DNA of 64,000 nt. Source: Cyanophora paradoxa CCMP329. Lineage: Eukaryota; Plantae; Glaucophyta. Numbering within the stretch: the first letter of the stretch is position 1; the number at the start of each line of letters is the position of its first letter. This document shows positions 1-11,400 of the stretch, in pieces. Under the pieces are notes generated by a model. That model saw only the letters and a program-made list of their open reading frames with translations, did no database searches and was not told where the DNA came from. Location of the stretch: assembly GCA_004431415.1 (NCBI GenBank), contig QPMI01000637.1:1-64000 (forward strand). Direction: 5' to 3'. Position numbers and translations under genes: made by a program.

Positions 1-2143
1 CCCCTGCCGACAGCCACGGAGGTGCCTGACGCGCCCCTACCCCCTTGAACTCTCCCCCTCACCCGGGTACAGCTCAAGTCGGAGATCGCGCGCGTCGTGA
101 CGGCCCTCCAGGCCCAGTCCGCCGCGTGCGCCCGCGAGCCCCTCCTCCCCCCGCCCCCCTCCCCCTCCCCCCCCCCTCTCACCCTCCCGGCAGGGGCTCG
201 GAGCTGCCGGAGGACTTTGTGGAGGAGCTGGTGCGCTCCTGCCAGGGCCTCTCCCTCGACCGCGTCCGCAAGGTGCGCCCTTCGAGGCGAGGGGGGAGGA
301 GCCGCGGGGGTGCACGCGGCCGACCTGACGGCGCTCGCCCAGGTCCTCTCCCGCGCCCTGGCGACGCACGGCTCCATCCGCGTGGAGGCGCGTACCCCTT
401 CGCCCTCCCCCCCCCCCCCCCCCCCCCCCCGAGCGTTGCGGCAGGACCTGGACATGATCCTGGAGGAGAAGCGGCAGCTGATCCGCCAGACCCAGATCCT
501 CGAGTACGTCCCCACCTCCGCCGAGGTCCCCGCCCCTCCCCCGCCCGCCTCCACCGCCGCCCGCGCTCCTAAGAGCCCCACAGCTGGACGACATCGGCGG
601 CCTCGAGAACCTGAAGGAGTGGCTCGTCACCCGCGAGAAGTCCGCGTACCCCCCTCTCCCCCTTCCCCCTCCCGTGGCCGACGGCCCTCCGCAGTGCCTT
701 CAGCGACGCCGCCCGCGCCTACGGGTGGGCCCGCCTACCCCCCGCCCCACCTCGACCCCCGCCCCCCACCTCCCCTCCCCCCCCCCCCCCCCCCCCCCCC
801 CCAAGGCTGCCGTTCCCTCGGGGCCTGCTGCTGGTGGGGGTGCAGGGGACGGGCAAGTCCCTCTCCGCCAAGGCCATCGCCCACCGCTGGCCCGCCCCGT
901 TCCGCCCCGCCTCGGCCCGCCCCGCCTGACCCTCCTGCAGGCGGCTGCCGCTGCTGCGGCTGGACGTGGGGCGGCTCTTCGGGGGCGTCGTCGGCGAGTC
1001 CGAGGCCCGCACCCGCCAGATGATCCAGGTGCGAGTCCCGTGCGGGGCGACCCAGGCGTGCTCGGCGGGGCCCGACCCCCCCGCAGACCGCCGAGGCCCT
1101 CGCCCCCTGCATCCTCTGGATCGACGAGATCGACAAGGCCTTCTCGGTGCCCCCGACCCCGCCCTCCGGCGCTGCCTACCGCATCCTCACGCGCCCGCCC
1201 GCAGGAGAAGTCCCGCGGCGGGGACGGGGGTACCGCCTCCCGCGTCTTCGGCTCGTTCATCACGTGGCTCGGCGAGAAGAACTCCCCGGGTACCCCGATT
1301 CTCTTCCTCCAATCGGCCCGGGCCATTTCGAGCGCGGGGCGGGGGTACGCACACGCGCGCAGTGTTCGTGGTGTCGACGGCGAACCAGGTGCAGACGCTG
1401 CCGCCCGAGCTCCTCCGCAAGGGCCGTTTCGACGAGGTACCCCCCAAACATATCCCCCCCCTCGCGCCCTTAAATCCCTCCCCCATCCCAGGTCTTCTTC
1501 GTAGGCCTTCCCAGCGAGCGCGAGCGGTGCGCCCTGCGGGGGGGGGGGGGGGGGGGGCGCGAGTCGTGAGGCCGCCCCGCGTTGAATCGGGGGTACAGGC
1601 GCGCCATCTTCGAGGTCCACCTCCGGAAGCTGCGCCCCGAGCGGGTGCGCCGGTACCCCCTCGCCGCCGCGCCCCGGGCGGGGGCCGAGGGGGTACGCAG
1701 CTGCCGGAGTTCCGGCTGGACGAGCTGGCGGCGCAGACGCCCGAGTTCTCGGGCGCTGAGATCGAGCAGCTCATCATCGAGGGCGCGCCCCCGCCCCGCC
1801 CGCCCCGCCCCCGGGTCTCGGCGCGCGTACGGCCCTGACGGGGGGCGTGGGGGGGCGGGGGGCAGCGATGCACGTGGGGTTCACGCAGGGGCGCGAGTTC
1901 ACGACGGAGGACGTGCTCGACGCGATTCGCGACGCCGTGCCCCTCGCCCGCACCGCCCGCGAGGAGATCGGTCCGCCCCCGGTCCCCCCACGCCCGCGCC
2001 GGCGGCTGACCCTCGCGGGGCCGGCAGGCGAGCTGGAGACGTGGGCGGCCTCGGGGCGGGCGCGCCTCGCCTCGCGCCGCGTCGCCAGGTCGACCCCCGC
2101 CGACGAGCGCAGGAGCCCCAAGGCCGACACCCCCGACGAGTAG
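1..2143 (+). CDS. ycf46: Ycf46-family AAA+ ATPase, multi-exon, 5' end outside the window
   Basis: Spliced exons give LVRSCQGLSLDRVRK..ILEEKRQLIRQTQILEY..DIGGLENLKEWL, Walker A GLLLVGVQGTGKSLSAKAIA, LPLLRLDVGRLFGGVVGESEARTRQM, Walker B CILWIDEIDK, TANQVQTLPPELLRKGRFDE and FSGAEIEQ. These match cyanobacterial/red-plastid Ycf46 as I recall the family. TAG at 2141-2143. Confidence 0.9.
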
Positions 2144-2819
2144 ACGCCTCTAGATCTGGTAGATCAAGACGCCTTCATATTGCAATTGCAAGACGGGCCC
2201 CCGCGCCGCGCTGCGCCGGGAACTCGCGATACCACTTGATATTATGTAATTTGAAAACACGAACGTCGATGACGAGGTCACGCGTATACGTATGCCGCCC
2301 CCCGCCGCGCCTCCATCCCGGCTGCAGCTGCCCGGCCTGGCGAGCTCGAGCTCGAGCCGCGCGCGCGTCCCGCAGCAGACTCCCGCTCCGCGGCCGCGGC
2401 CGCAAGCTAATTGCTAAAGAACGGACCTCCTGCGCTGCTAGGCTGCGCATGCACGCCGTTGCACGGTTGAAGCACCGCGAATTTTGAGTCTGAAAAGACT
2501 TAAAAGCACGAACGTCAACGTCAACGAAACGGCCGTCATTGCGGACGTGTAGGGTGTACCCCTCTGGTACCCGCTTCTTCGGAATCGGAGGTGCCATGGT
2601 CACGCGGCCGCGGCCGCGGCGGCCCGCGGCTCACGCCTGCCAGGCTGCGGTATGCCAAGCACTGCCAGTCGAGTCGGGAATTCGAAGTCCAGCCCTGTAG
2701 TGGCTGCTGCCGCGGTTAGCTACTAGGATAGGATAGGTAGAACGAGCCGCAGCGGTCTTGATCGCGCTCGCGGGCGCATTTGAAGTGCGCGCTCGTAGGG
2801 GCCACGCAGCGTGGGCAGA

Positions 2820-5402
2820 ATGGCGGACGACAGCCGCTCGCCGCTGCTGAGACCGCGGCCTGGCCATGGGCTCGGGCCCGACGCAGCAGCTGAGCTCGAG
2901 CGCCGGTACTCCAAGCTGTCGAGCAGCGCGGTCGGCGGCGGCGCGTCGGACTTGCCTCCCATCCGCGTGCTCTCCATCGGTGCGCCCGCGCTCGCGCCGG
3001 CGCCCGCGACCAGATCAGCCGAGCCCATATCCGGCCCCGCGCCGCTCTATGCGGGCCCTAACCGTTAAACCGCCCGTACGCTTGCCGCAGATGGAGGAGG
3101 AGGTGATCTTCCCCCGTCCTCGCCTGCGCCGGCCCGCGCTGACGCGCGCCGCGCGCCGGCGCCGCGCAGCCAAGGGCATCATCCCAGCGAAGCTCATCGA
3201 GTGCGGCCTCGCGATCGCCCGCGCGCCCGACGCGCCGTCGCCCCTGCCTGACGCCCCGCTCGCCCAGGTACATCTCCGCGAGGGCGGGGCGGGTGCGCGC
3301 GCGCACGGAGCCCCGCGGCCGCGCAGCGCCGGCTGGGGCCGTTGAGCGCGCACTCGGCCGCGCCTCACGCGGGGCCTGTGCCGCCCCGCGCGCGCCGCAG
3401 CCGATTCACGAGCTCTTCGACGTCGTCGCCGGTGCACCGCACAACCGTCGGCGCGCCCGTGGGCGGCCCCCTGCGTCCGGCTGACTGCGCGAGCGCGGCG
3501 CGGGGGCCGGGGGCGCAGGGACGAGCGCGGGGGCGCTCATCGCCGGCGCCTGCTTCGGGCTCCGCGACGGGAGGCCCCTCATCCCCGCCGAGAGCCTGGC
3601 CCGCCCGGCCCCAGCCCCCCGCCCCTCGCGCCCGACCGAACGAGCGGGGCCGCGCCCGCGCAGGTCGCCACTTTGATGAAGAAGTGGATACAGGCGTTCC
3701 CGAGCTACTCCGCGCCCGTCGCCCTCGCCCGCGCCATCCGCGGGCCCATCTTCAGCGACGTCCGTACCCCCCGCGATGGAGCCCCGTACCCCTCCTTCGC
3801 ATGAGACCCGTACCCCCAGAGCACCGTCCTCGGAATCCTCAAAGAGTTCGGCGGAGACTGCCGCCTCGCCGACACCGGCGCCTTCCTTGTGGTACCCTCG
3901 AAGTCCCCGGCCCGTATCCTGTACCCCCCCCTTTACCTCGATTGCACCCCCCCTTCCCCCTCCCCGCAGATCCCGACCTACGATATCGAGGAGAGATGCC
4001 CGGTCTACTTCTCGACGGTGACCATGAGCGGCGTGTGCGTACCCCCCTGGGACGCCACCCCCAACGCGTGGGGCCTTCGCAGTCGCAGGCGCTGGCGGAC
4101 CCCGACGCGCACAACTTCCTGCTCCCCGACGTCGTCCACGTGCGCTCGTACCCCTCACGTGGAAGCCTCGCCCCCGCCCCGCGCACATGACGCGGCGCCG
4201 GGGGCCGGGGCGGGCAGGCGGCGGTGGCGGCGCCGGCGATCCTGGCGCCGGTGCGCCTCCACTGCCCGGGCGTCTACGCCCACAAGGACTACAGCACCTT
4301 CGTCGACGGCTGGTGCGCGGCCTCGGTCCCCGCCCGTCGCCCCTCGCCCCTCGCTCCCCTCAGAGCGCCCCGGCAGCCTCACACAGAACAACCCGGCGCT
4401 GATCGCTCACGCCGAAGCATCCCGCCTCTTCCCGGGTACCCCGGGGGAGGGGGGGGGGGGCGACGCCCCGAGATCGCCCCGCGCGCTCTAATCGGCGGCA
4501 CCTGCACCCCAGGGCGGAGGATCCTGATGGTGTCGCTGGGCACCGGCTCGGCCGACGTCCCCATGAAGCGCGCCCGCCGCACCCCCGCCCCTCGCGATCC
4601 ATCCCAGACCCCGCTCCTGCGCCCTCACTTGACGCGCGCGCCGCAGCTCGCAGGCCGCGAGCAGGTGGAACGCGTTCAAGTGCGCCGCACCCTCCTCGAG
4701 AGCTCGTCCTCGGGCGCTGACGGGCCGCATCAGGTGGCTCGTCCCAGCGATCGAGTGCATGCTGGACGGTGAGGCAGAGACCCGCGCCCCTCTGCGCTCG
4801 AGCCGAGCTCGAAGCGCGACGCGGCCCGACCCGCCCGCAGGCACGGGCGACTGCGCGACGGACCTGGCGAGCCGCCCGCGGGCCTCGCCTGGCCTCGCCT
4901 CCCCGGTTCTCACGCGGGCGCGGGGCGGCAGGCGGAGAGCCTCCTCGGGGACAACTTCATTCGCCTCTCCCCGCGCCTCCCTCCCGGCCTCGACAGGTCC
5001 CCGCCCCGCGAGCTCTGCTCACCCCAACCGTCTCACCGCCCCTGCGCAGCGTGGCGGACGCGCGGCCGCAGCAGCTGCAGGCGCTCTGCCGCACCGTCGA
5101 GAAGCAGGCCCGCCCCGCCTTGTGCGGCCCCGGCCCCTCCCCGGAGCTGACCCCGCGGGGGCGGGCGGCAGCTGCTGAGGGGCGAGCCGAAGCGCCGCCT
5201 CGACGCCTTCATCGAGCGCCTCGTGGCCGCCTCTGACCACCCGCGCGCCCTCCCCCGCCCCTCCCCCGCCCTCCTGCCCCCGGTGCCGCTGCTCCCACCC
5301 CGAGGCCCTCGAAGGGGACAGAGGCGGGGGCTCATCACGCCGTCCGCCCAGGACTTCGTGGTCGTCCCGAAGCAGCCCGCCGTCGGCTCCCAGCCGGCCC
5401 AG
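2820..5402 (+). CDS. Patatin-like phospholipase A domain, multi-exon; probably the N-terminal part of a fusion with the downstream ABCG transporter (stand-alone stop would be at 5480)
   Basis: ATG at 2820. Spliced motifs: IRVLSI-DGGG-AKGII (oxyanion loop, with DGGG on a 12-nt micro-exon at 3091-3102), LFDVVA-GTSAG-ALIA (catalytic Ser), FVDG-SLTQNNPA (catalytic Asp) and ILMVSLGTG. Confidence 0.88.
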
Positions 5403-5493
5403 GTGCCCGCCCCCGCCGCTTCCGCTGATCGCATAGCGTGCTTCGTCGCGCCGCGTCGACGTCGCGGGGTCGACGTCTGAGCCGCCGGCCCAG

Positions 5494-8400
5494 GTCTTGT
5501 CGGACATCGAGACCTACGGCACCTGCCACCTCACGTTCGGTCCGGCGCCATTTGTGTAATTTTGGCACGGTCAACGGCGAGCGGGCGCTGGCATCGATTG
5601 CAGACAACGCGAGCTTCTCGGTGAAGGAGGCGCCGCCGCCGCTGCATGCACAGGGCGCCGCGGAGAGGGCCCGCAAGGCCGGCGCCGCGCTGGCGAGGCG
5701 CGCCCGCCGCCCGCTGGCCCCGCCCCGCCCTCGGCTCGCGCCTGACGCCGCGGACAGGAGCGTGAGCGAGAGCATCGGGCTGGTCAAGCACTGGCGCCAC
5801 GTCCTCGCCCCCATCTCCGGCGAGCTCCGCGTGCGCACCCCCGCCCCGGGCCCGCGTCGCACCCCCCGCCCCCCTCCCCGCCCCCCCCCCCCCCCCCCCC
5901 CCCCCCGCCGACGCCGACGCCGCCGCCGGCAGCCCGGCACGATGACCTGCGTCCTCGGCCCCGCTTTCTCCGGCAAGGTCCGCCGCCTCATTGCAGCAGC
6001 TGCAAAACGCAGCGGCGCGCGCGGCGCCTCGCTCCGGCATCTACTCAAACGCCGCGCAGACGGCGCTGCTGCAGATCCTCGCAAACCGCGACGAGGAGCT
6101 GCGGCGGGCGGGGCGCGTGGGCGGGGCCGTGCGGCTCAACGGGGCGCCAGCGCGCAGCAGCGCGGCCTTCGCGCGGCGCGTCGTGCTCGTCCGACAGGAC
6201 GACGCGAGCCACTACCGTGCGCTGCGAGCGCTGTTCGCACTCAGGCGCCTGGAGCCGCCCCGAGCCGGAGGCGGGGCGCAGCGCAGCTGACGGTGGAGGA
6301 GGCGCTGAGCTTCGCGGCGCGGATGAGGCGGCCGAGCGGGGGCGAGCGGGACGCGGCGGACGTGCGGGACGCGCACGCGATGACCCTCACCGCCGCCATG
6401 GTCGTCAACCTCGTCCAGGCCCGCCCCGCACCGCCCCCCGCCCCTCCGCCCCCCGCCCCCCTGCCCCGCCGCTTCGCGCTCCGCTGCTCGGTTGGCAGAG
6501 CCGTGCGCGTGCGCGCAGGCGATGGACTCGCTGGTGGGGGACCAGAACGTGCGGGGCATCTCCGGCGGGGAGAAGCGCCGCCTCACCGTCGCCGTCGAGC
6601 TCGTCGCGGCGCGCCCTCTGCCCCGCCCCCGCCCCCGCCCCCCGCGAGCGCCCCCCCTGGCCCCGGCTCACGGGCCCCGCAGGGCGGTAAGGGCGTCGTG
6701 CTGCTGGACCAGCCCACGGACGGTGCGCGCAGGGGGCCCGCCCGCCCGGTCTCCAGCTCATCCCCTGACCACGCCGGCAGGGCTCGACGCGGCGGCCAGC
6801 CTGGACCTATGCAGGGCCCTCCGCAGCCTCGCCGAGTCCGGCGTCGCCGTCATCTGCTCCCTCCTCCAGCCCTCCTGGTGCGCCCACGCGAAGGCACCTC
6901 TCCAGCGGCTGCTGAGGCGGGGCGCGGGCGCGCAGGGAGGTCTACAGCCTGTTCGACGAGCTCATCCTCCTCGCCCCGGGCCGCTGCGTCTACCAGGTCC
7001 GATCCCCCCTTCCATTCATGTCCACCCGCCTTCGTCCGGCGTTCGACGGCGCGCGTGCGAGCAGGGACCGGGCGGCCTCGCCCCCGTCCGCCACTTCGAG
7101 GGGCAGGGGCTCAAGAACGTCGACGCTCTCAGCCCGCCCGTGCGCCACGGATCAGGAGCCGATCGCGGACCGCTGCGTTGCGCCTCTGTCGCTTATCGGG
7201 CCTCAGGACTTCCTCGTCTCGGTCGCGTCGACGGGCCGCGCGCAGCTCGCCACGTCGCTCTCTTCCAGCGACGCCCGGGTGCGCAGAGGGCCGGCGCCTC
7301 CATCGTCCATTTCGTCGATTTCAAGCCCTGAGGCGCCTCGCGCTTCATCGGCCGGCGCCGCAGGTGGCGCTCAAGGTCGAGCCCACACGCGCTCCCCTCT
7401 TCGATGAGGACCCGAGGGCGCCAATCGCGAGGTGCTTCCGCGTCTCCCGCCCTCCCGCAGCCGAGCCGCCGCTGACCACGCCGTGGCCGGCCCTTGCGCG
7501 CGCCCCGCCGCAGCCGAGCGCCTCCCGCGGGCGCCCTCGTGTCCGCCTCCAGCGTCGACCTCAACGTCGCCCCCGAGGCGAGGCCCCGCGGCGTCGCCTC
7601 CCCCGCGCGCGCCCGCGCTGACGCCGCCGGCGCAGATCGACCTGCAGCGCCAGTACGCGGCGCCCGCCAAGAAGCAGGTGCGAGCTCGGCCGCTGGCCTC
7701 CGGGCGCCGCCAGCGCTCAGGCGGGGCGGGGCGGGGCGCGCGCAGTTCGACATCCTGTACGAGCGCTTCAACACGCTGCTCTTCCGGAACCGGCGGCCCC
7801 TCATCTCCCGCACCGTCCAGTCCCTCGCCATCGCTTTCATTCTTGGAACCCTCTTCTGCCAGGTGCCTATTAATATTCCGCCCAGCCCGCTCCCGCCCCC
7901 GCCCGGCCCCTCTTCGCCCCCTCGCCTTGTTCTCCAATTTTAACCCGGCGCCAGATGCCGGCGACGGCGAGCGGCGCGGTCAACCGCATCTCCTTCCTGC
8001 AGGCGCGCGCGGGCGGGGCAGTGCCGAGGGCGCCGCCGCCCGAGCCGCGCGGGTCTCACGCGGGCCCCGCGGGCCGGGCGCCGGCAGGCGTGCCTCCTCG
8101 TGTACGCCTTCATGGCCCTCTCCAAGGTCCCCGGGCCCCGCGCGCCGCCCCCGAGCCCGAGGCGGACCGGGCTCGAGCCCCAGCTGACGTCCGCTGACGC
8201 CCGCCGGCGCAGATCGACATCAACTACGAGAACCGGCGGGTGATGCACGCGCAGACGCAGGAAGGCGCCTACCGCCCCGAGCTCGTGCGCCCCGGCCCCG
8301 AGCTCGCATCCACTCCCGCCCGGCCCCGACGCCGACGGGCGCTGGGGCAGTGGCTCGCGGCGAACGTCGCGTCGGAGGTCCCCCGCCTCTTCGTCGAGGT

Positions 8401-11400
8401 GCCCCCGCCCCGCGATCCTCTTCCCCGCTCGCAACCGCCCGCGCCGGATCCTCATCGGCGCCGGCGATCCCAGGTGACCCTCTTCTCGCTGGTGGCGTAC
8501 CACGCCGCCGGCCTCCAGGTCGTCGCCACGCACCAGCGCTTCGCCCGCTTCCTCCTCGTCCTCTTCCAGGCCCGCCCCCCCGCCCCCTCGCCGGCTCCGG
8601 CGCGAGCCCGGGCGGCCGCGTCGCTCACGGGGGCGTGGTGCGCGCGGGCGCAGATGTCGCTCGTCGCCGACGCCTCCGTCCTCGCCCTCTGCCAGGTCTT
8701 CGCCGTCCGCGAGGTCCGCGGGGCGGGGGCCCAGGCTCCGAGTCGATTTAATTTCGCACTGTGACGCGCCTCGCGTTGCGGCAGGTCTGCTCCTCGCTGG
8801 CGCCCATCCTGCCGGCCCTTTCGTTCATCTTCGGCGGCTTCGTCGTGCCGCGCCCCTCGCTGCCCTCCTGGTGGAAGTGGGCCCGCTACTGGTCCTACTT
8901 CTCCTACCCCCACGAGGCCCTCTGCCTCAACGGTGCCCCCCACGCCCCGCCCCGCCCTTCGCGCTCTGACGGCGCCGGGGGGGCGGGCAGAGCTGTGGGA
9001 CCTGGCGGTGGACGGGCGCCCGGGGGGCGGCGCCGCCGTCCTCGAGGCCTTCGGCATGAGCGCCGACCCCGCCTGGTACTGGTGCGAGGGCCCCCGCCCC
9101 CGCCCCCGCCCCGCTTCATTAAGTTCTTCTCGGCCGCTGCCCGGCTGATCCCCGGCAGGTACAACGTGCTCATCTCCCTCGCCTACTGGCTCGCCTGGCT
9201 CGCCGCGGCGCTCCTCGGGGCGCGCTTCTCGCGGCCGCGGCGCGCCTTCCCCTCCGTCATGGGCGCCGACGCCCACGCGCACGCCCCGTCGCCGTCGCCG
9301 CCTCCGGAGGGCGAGGGCGCGTGGAAGGCGCCCCCGGCGCCGGCGCCGGCGGAGCTGGAGATGCGGTCGCGGGGCGCGGCGGGCAGCGCGGGCGAGGGCA
9401 TGCTGGTGCACGTGGTGACGGTGGAGCGGGCGCACGGGGCGGGGGGGCTGGAGAGCCCGGGCCACGGGCAGCCGCGCGCGGCGGCGCTCACCTTCCGCGG
9501 CCTCTGCTACGACGTCCCCGCCGAGCGCCCCGGCGCGCCCCTCCGGCCGGCGACTCGCCCCGCCTCGTCTTCTTCTGACCTTCCGTGCAGGGGAGCCGCC
9601 TCGGCGTCTGCTGGAGAACGTGTCGGGCTTCGTGCGGGGCGGGGGCCTGACGGTCCTCATGGGGGCCTCCGGGGCGGGCAAGACGACGCTGATCGACGTG
9701 CTGGCGGGCCGCAAGACGACGGGCACCGTCACCGGCGAGATCCGGCTCAACGGGCGCCCGCTGCCCCCCAACGGCGCCTTCGCCCGCGTCTCGTCGTACG
9801 TCGAGCAGTTCGACCTCCTCTTCCCCACCATGGCCCGCCCCCGCCCCCGGCCCAAGCCCCCTCGCCCAGCTGAGGGCGGCCTCAGACGGTGCGGGAGGCG
9901 GTGGTCCTCTCCGCGATGGTCCGCCTCGACGCCGCCGTCCCCCGCCGCGAGAAGCTCGCCGCCGTCCGCCCCCGCCCCCGCCCCCCGCCTTCTCTCTGCG
10001 AGCGTCTTTGAGGCGCGCCTCCGCGGCGGGCCGGGCAGGCGGAGTGGGCGCTGCGGGAGCTGGACCTGGAGGCGGCCGGCGGGCTCGTCATCGGCACCCT
10101 CGAGGCCGGCGGCATCCCCGTCGAGGCCCGCCCGCCCCCGGCCCCGGCCCCGGCCGGGCCCGCGCGGCGGCGGGCGGCCTGAGGCGGGGCGGGCCGGGGG
10201 CGGCAGATGCGGAAGCGGACGTGCATCGCGATGGAGCTTGTCCCGCGGCCCCACGTCCTCTTCCTCGACGAGGCGCCCCGCCTCCCTCGGCCCCCCGCGC
10301 CCCGCCGCCCCTCACGCCCCGGCCCGGGCCCCACAGCCGACCACGGGCCTCGACTCCACCGCCGCCCTCCGCGTCGGCAAGGCGAGCCAGCGCCCCGGCC
10401 CCGGGGCCGGGCCCTCGCTCGCCTGACGGCCCCGGGCAGCTGCTGCGCCGCATCGCGAGCGGCGGGCAGGCCACCGTCGCCACCATCCAGTGCGCTTGCG
10501 CGGGGCGCCCGCGCCGCCAGCTGCGGCTGACGGGCGGCGGGGCGGGGGGGGGCGCAGCCAGCCGTCGCAGCCGCTCTTCGCCCTCTTCGACTACCTGATC
10601 CTCTTGAAGCGCGGCGGCGTCCCCGTCTTCTGCGGCGCGCCCCCGCCCCCGCCCCCGGCGGCTCGCGGGCGCTGCGGCGGCTGCGGCTGACGAGGCCGCA
10701 GGGGAGCTGGGGGAGCGCTGCTCCGGGGTCCTCGCCTTCTTCGCCCAGCTCGGCTCGCCCCCGGCCCCCTCTGCAGACCCCGGGGCTCGCTGAAGTTGAC
10801 GCGCACCCGCAGGCTACGACCTCCCGCCCTTCCGCAACCCCGCCGACTTCGTCATCGAGGTCCGGAAGCAGAGATTCGAACATCAATCGAGGCCTGCAAC
10901 CTCTTAGCTCGTCGTTCGGCGGCGCAGACGGCCGGGGGGCGGTCAGGGCGGCGGGCGGCGGGCCAGGCGGCGCCCCGCGCGACGCCCTCCGTCTCCGTCC
11001 TCTCCGAGGCCGCCGCCGCCGCCGCCGCCGCGCCGCCCTCGCGCACCCGCATGAACCGTGCCGCCGAGGAGATCGCCGCCCAGTTCAAGGCGCGCCCCGT
11101 CCCGCCGCACTCGCATTCAACGTTGCCGGCTTGAATCTGACTCCGGGGCTCGCGCGCAGGCGAGCCCGCTGGCCGCGACGCTGCAGGCGCAGCTGTCGGA
11201 GCTCGAGGCCAGCCGTGCGCCCCTCCCCTCAGCTCTCGAGGCTGCACCGCCCCCTGGGCCCCTGCTGACCCCGCCCCGCCCCGGCCCCCGCCCAGTGTCG
11301 GCCCAGGAGGCGCCCCGCATCCCCCAGCGGCCGGGCTTCGCTCGCCAGGTTGGCCCGCCCCCGCTCCGCGCTCCACACTCGCCCAACTTCGCGCCGCGCC

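Noticed and set aside
5438-7621. 727-aa + strand ORF as a single-exon gene
   Set aside because: It is read-through of ABCG exons and GC-rich introns; the true motifs switch frames at splice sites.
8452-10254. 600-aa minus-strand ORF (likewise 24278-26002 +, 34179-35702 + and 48575-50173 +)
   Set aside because: These are Arg/Gly/Pro-rich antisense shadows of real genes. Stop codons are rare at this GC content.
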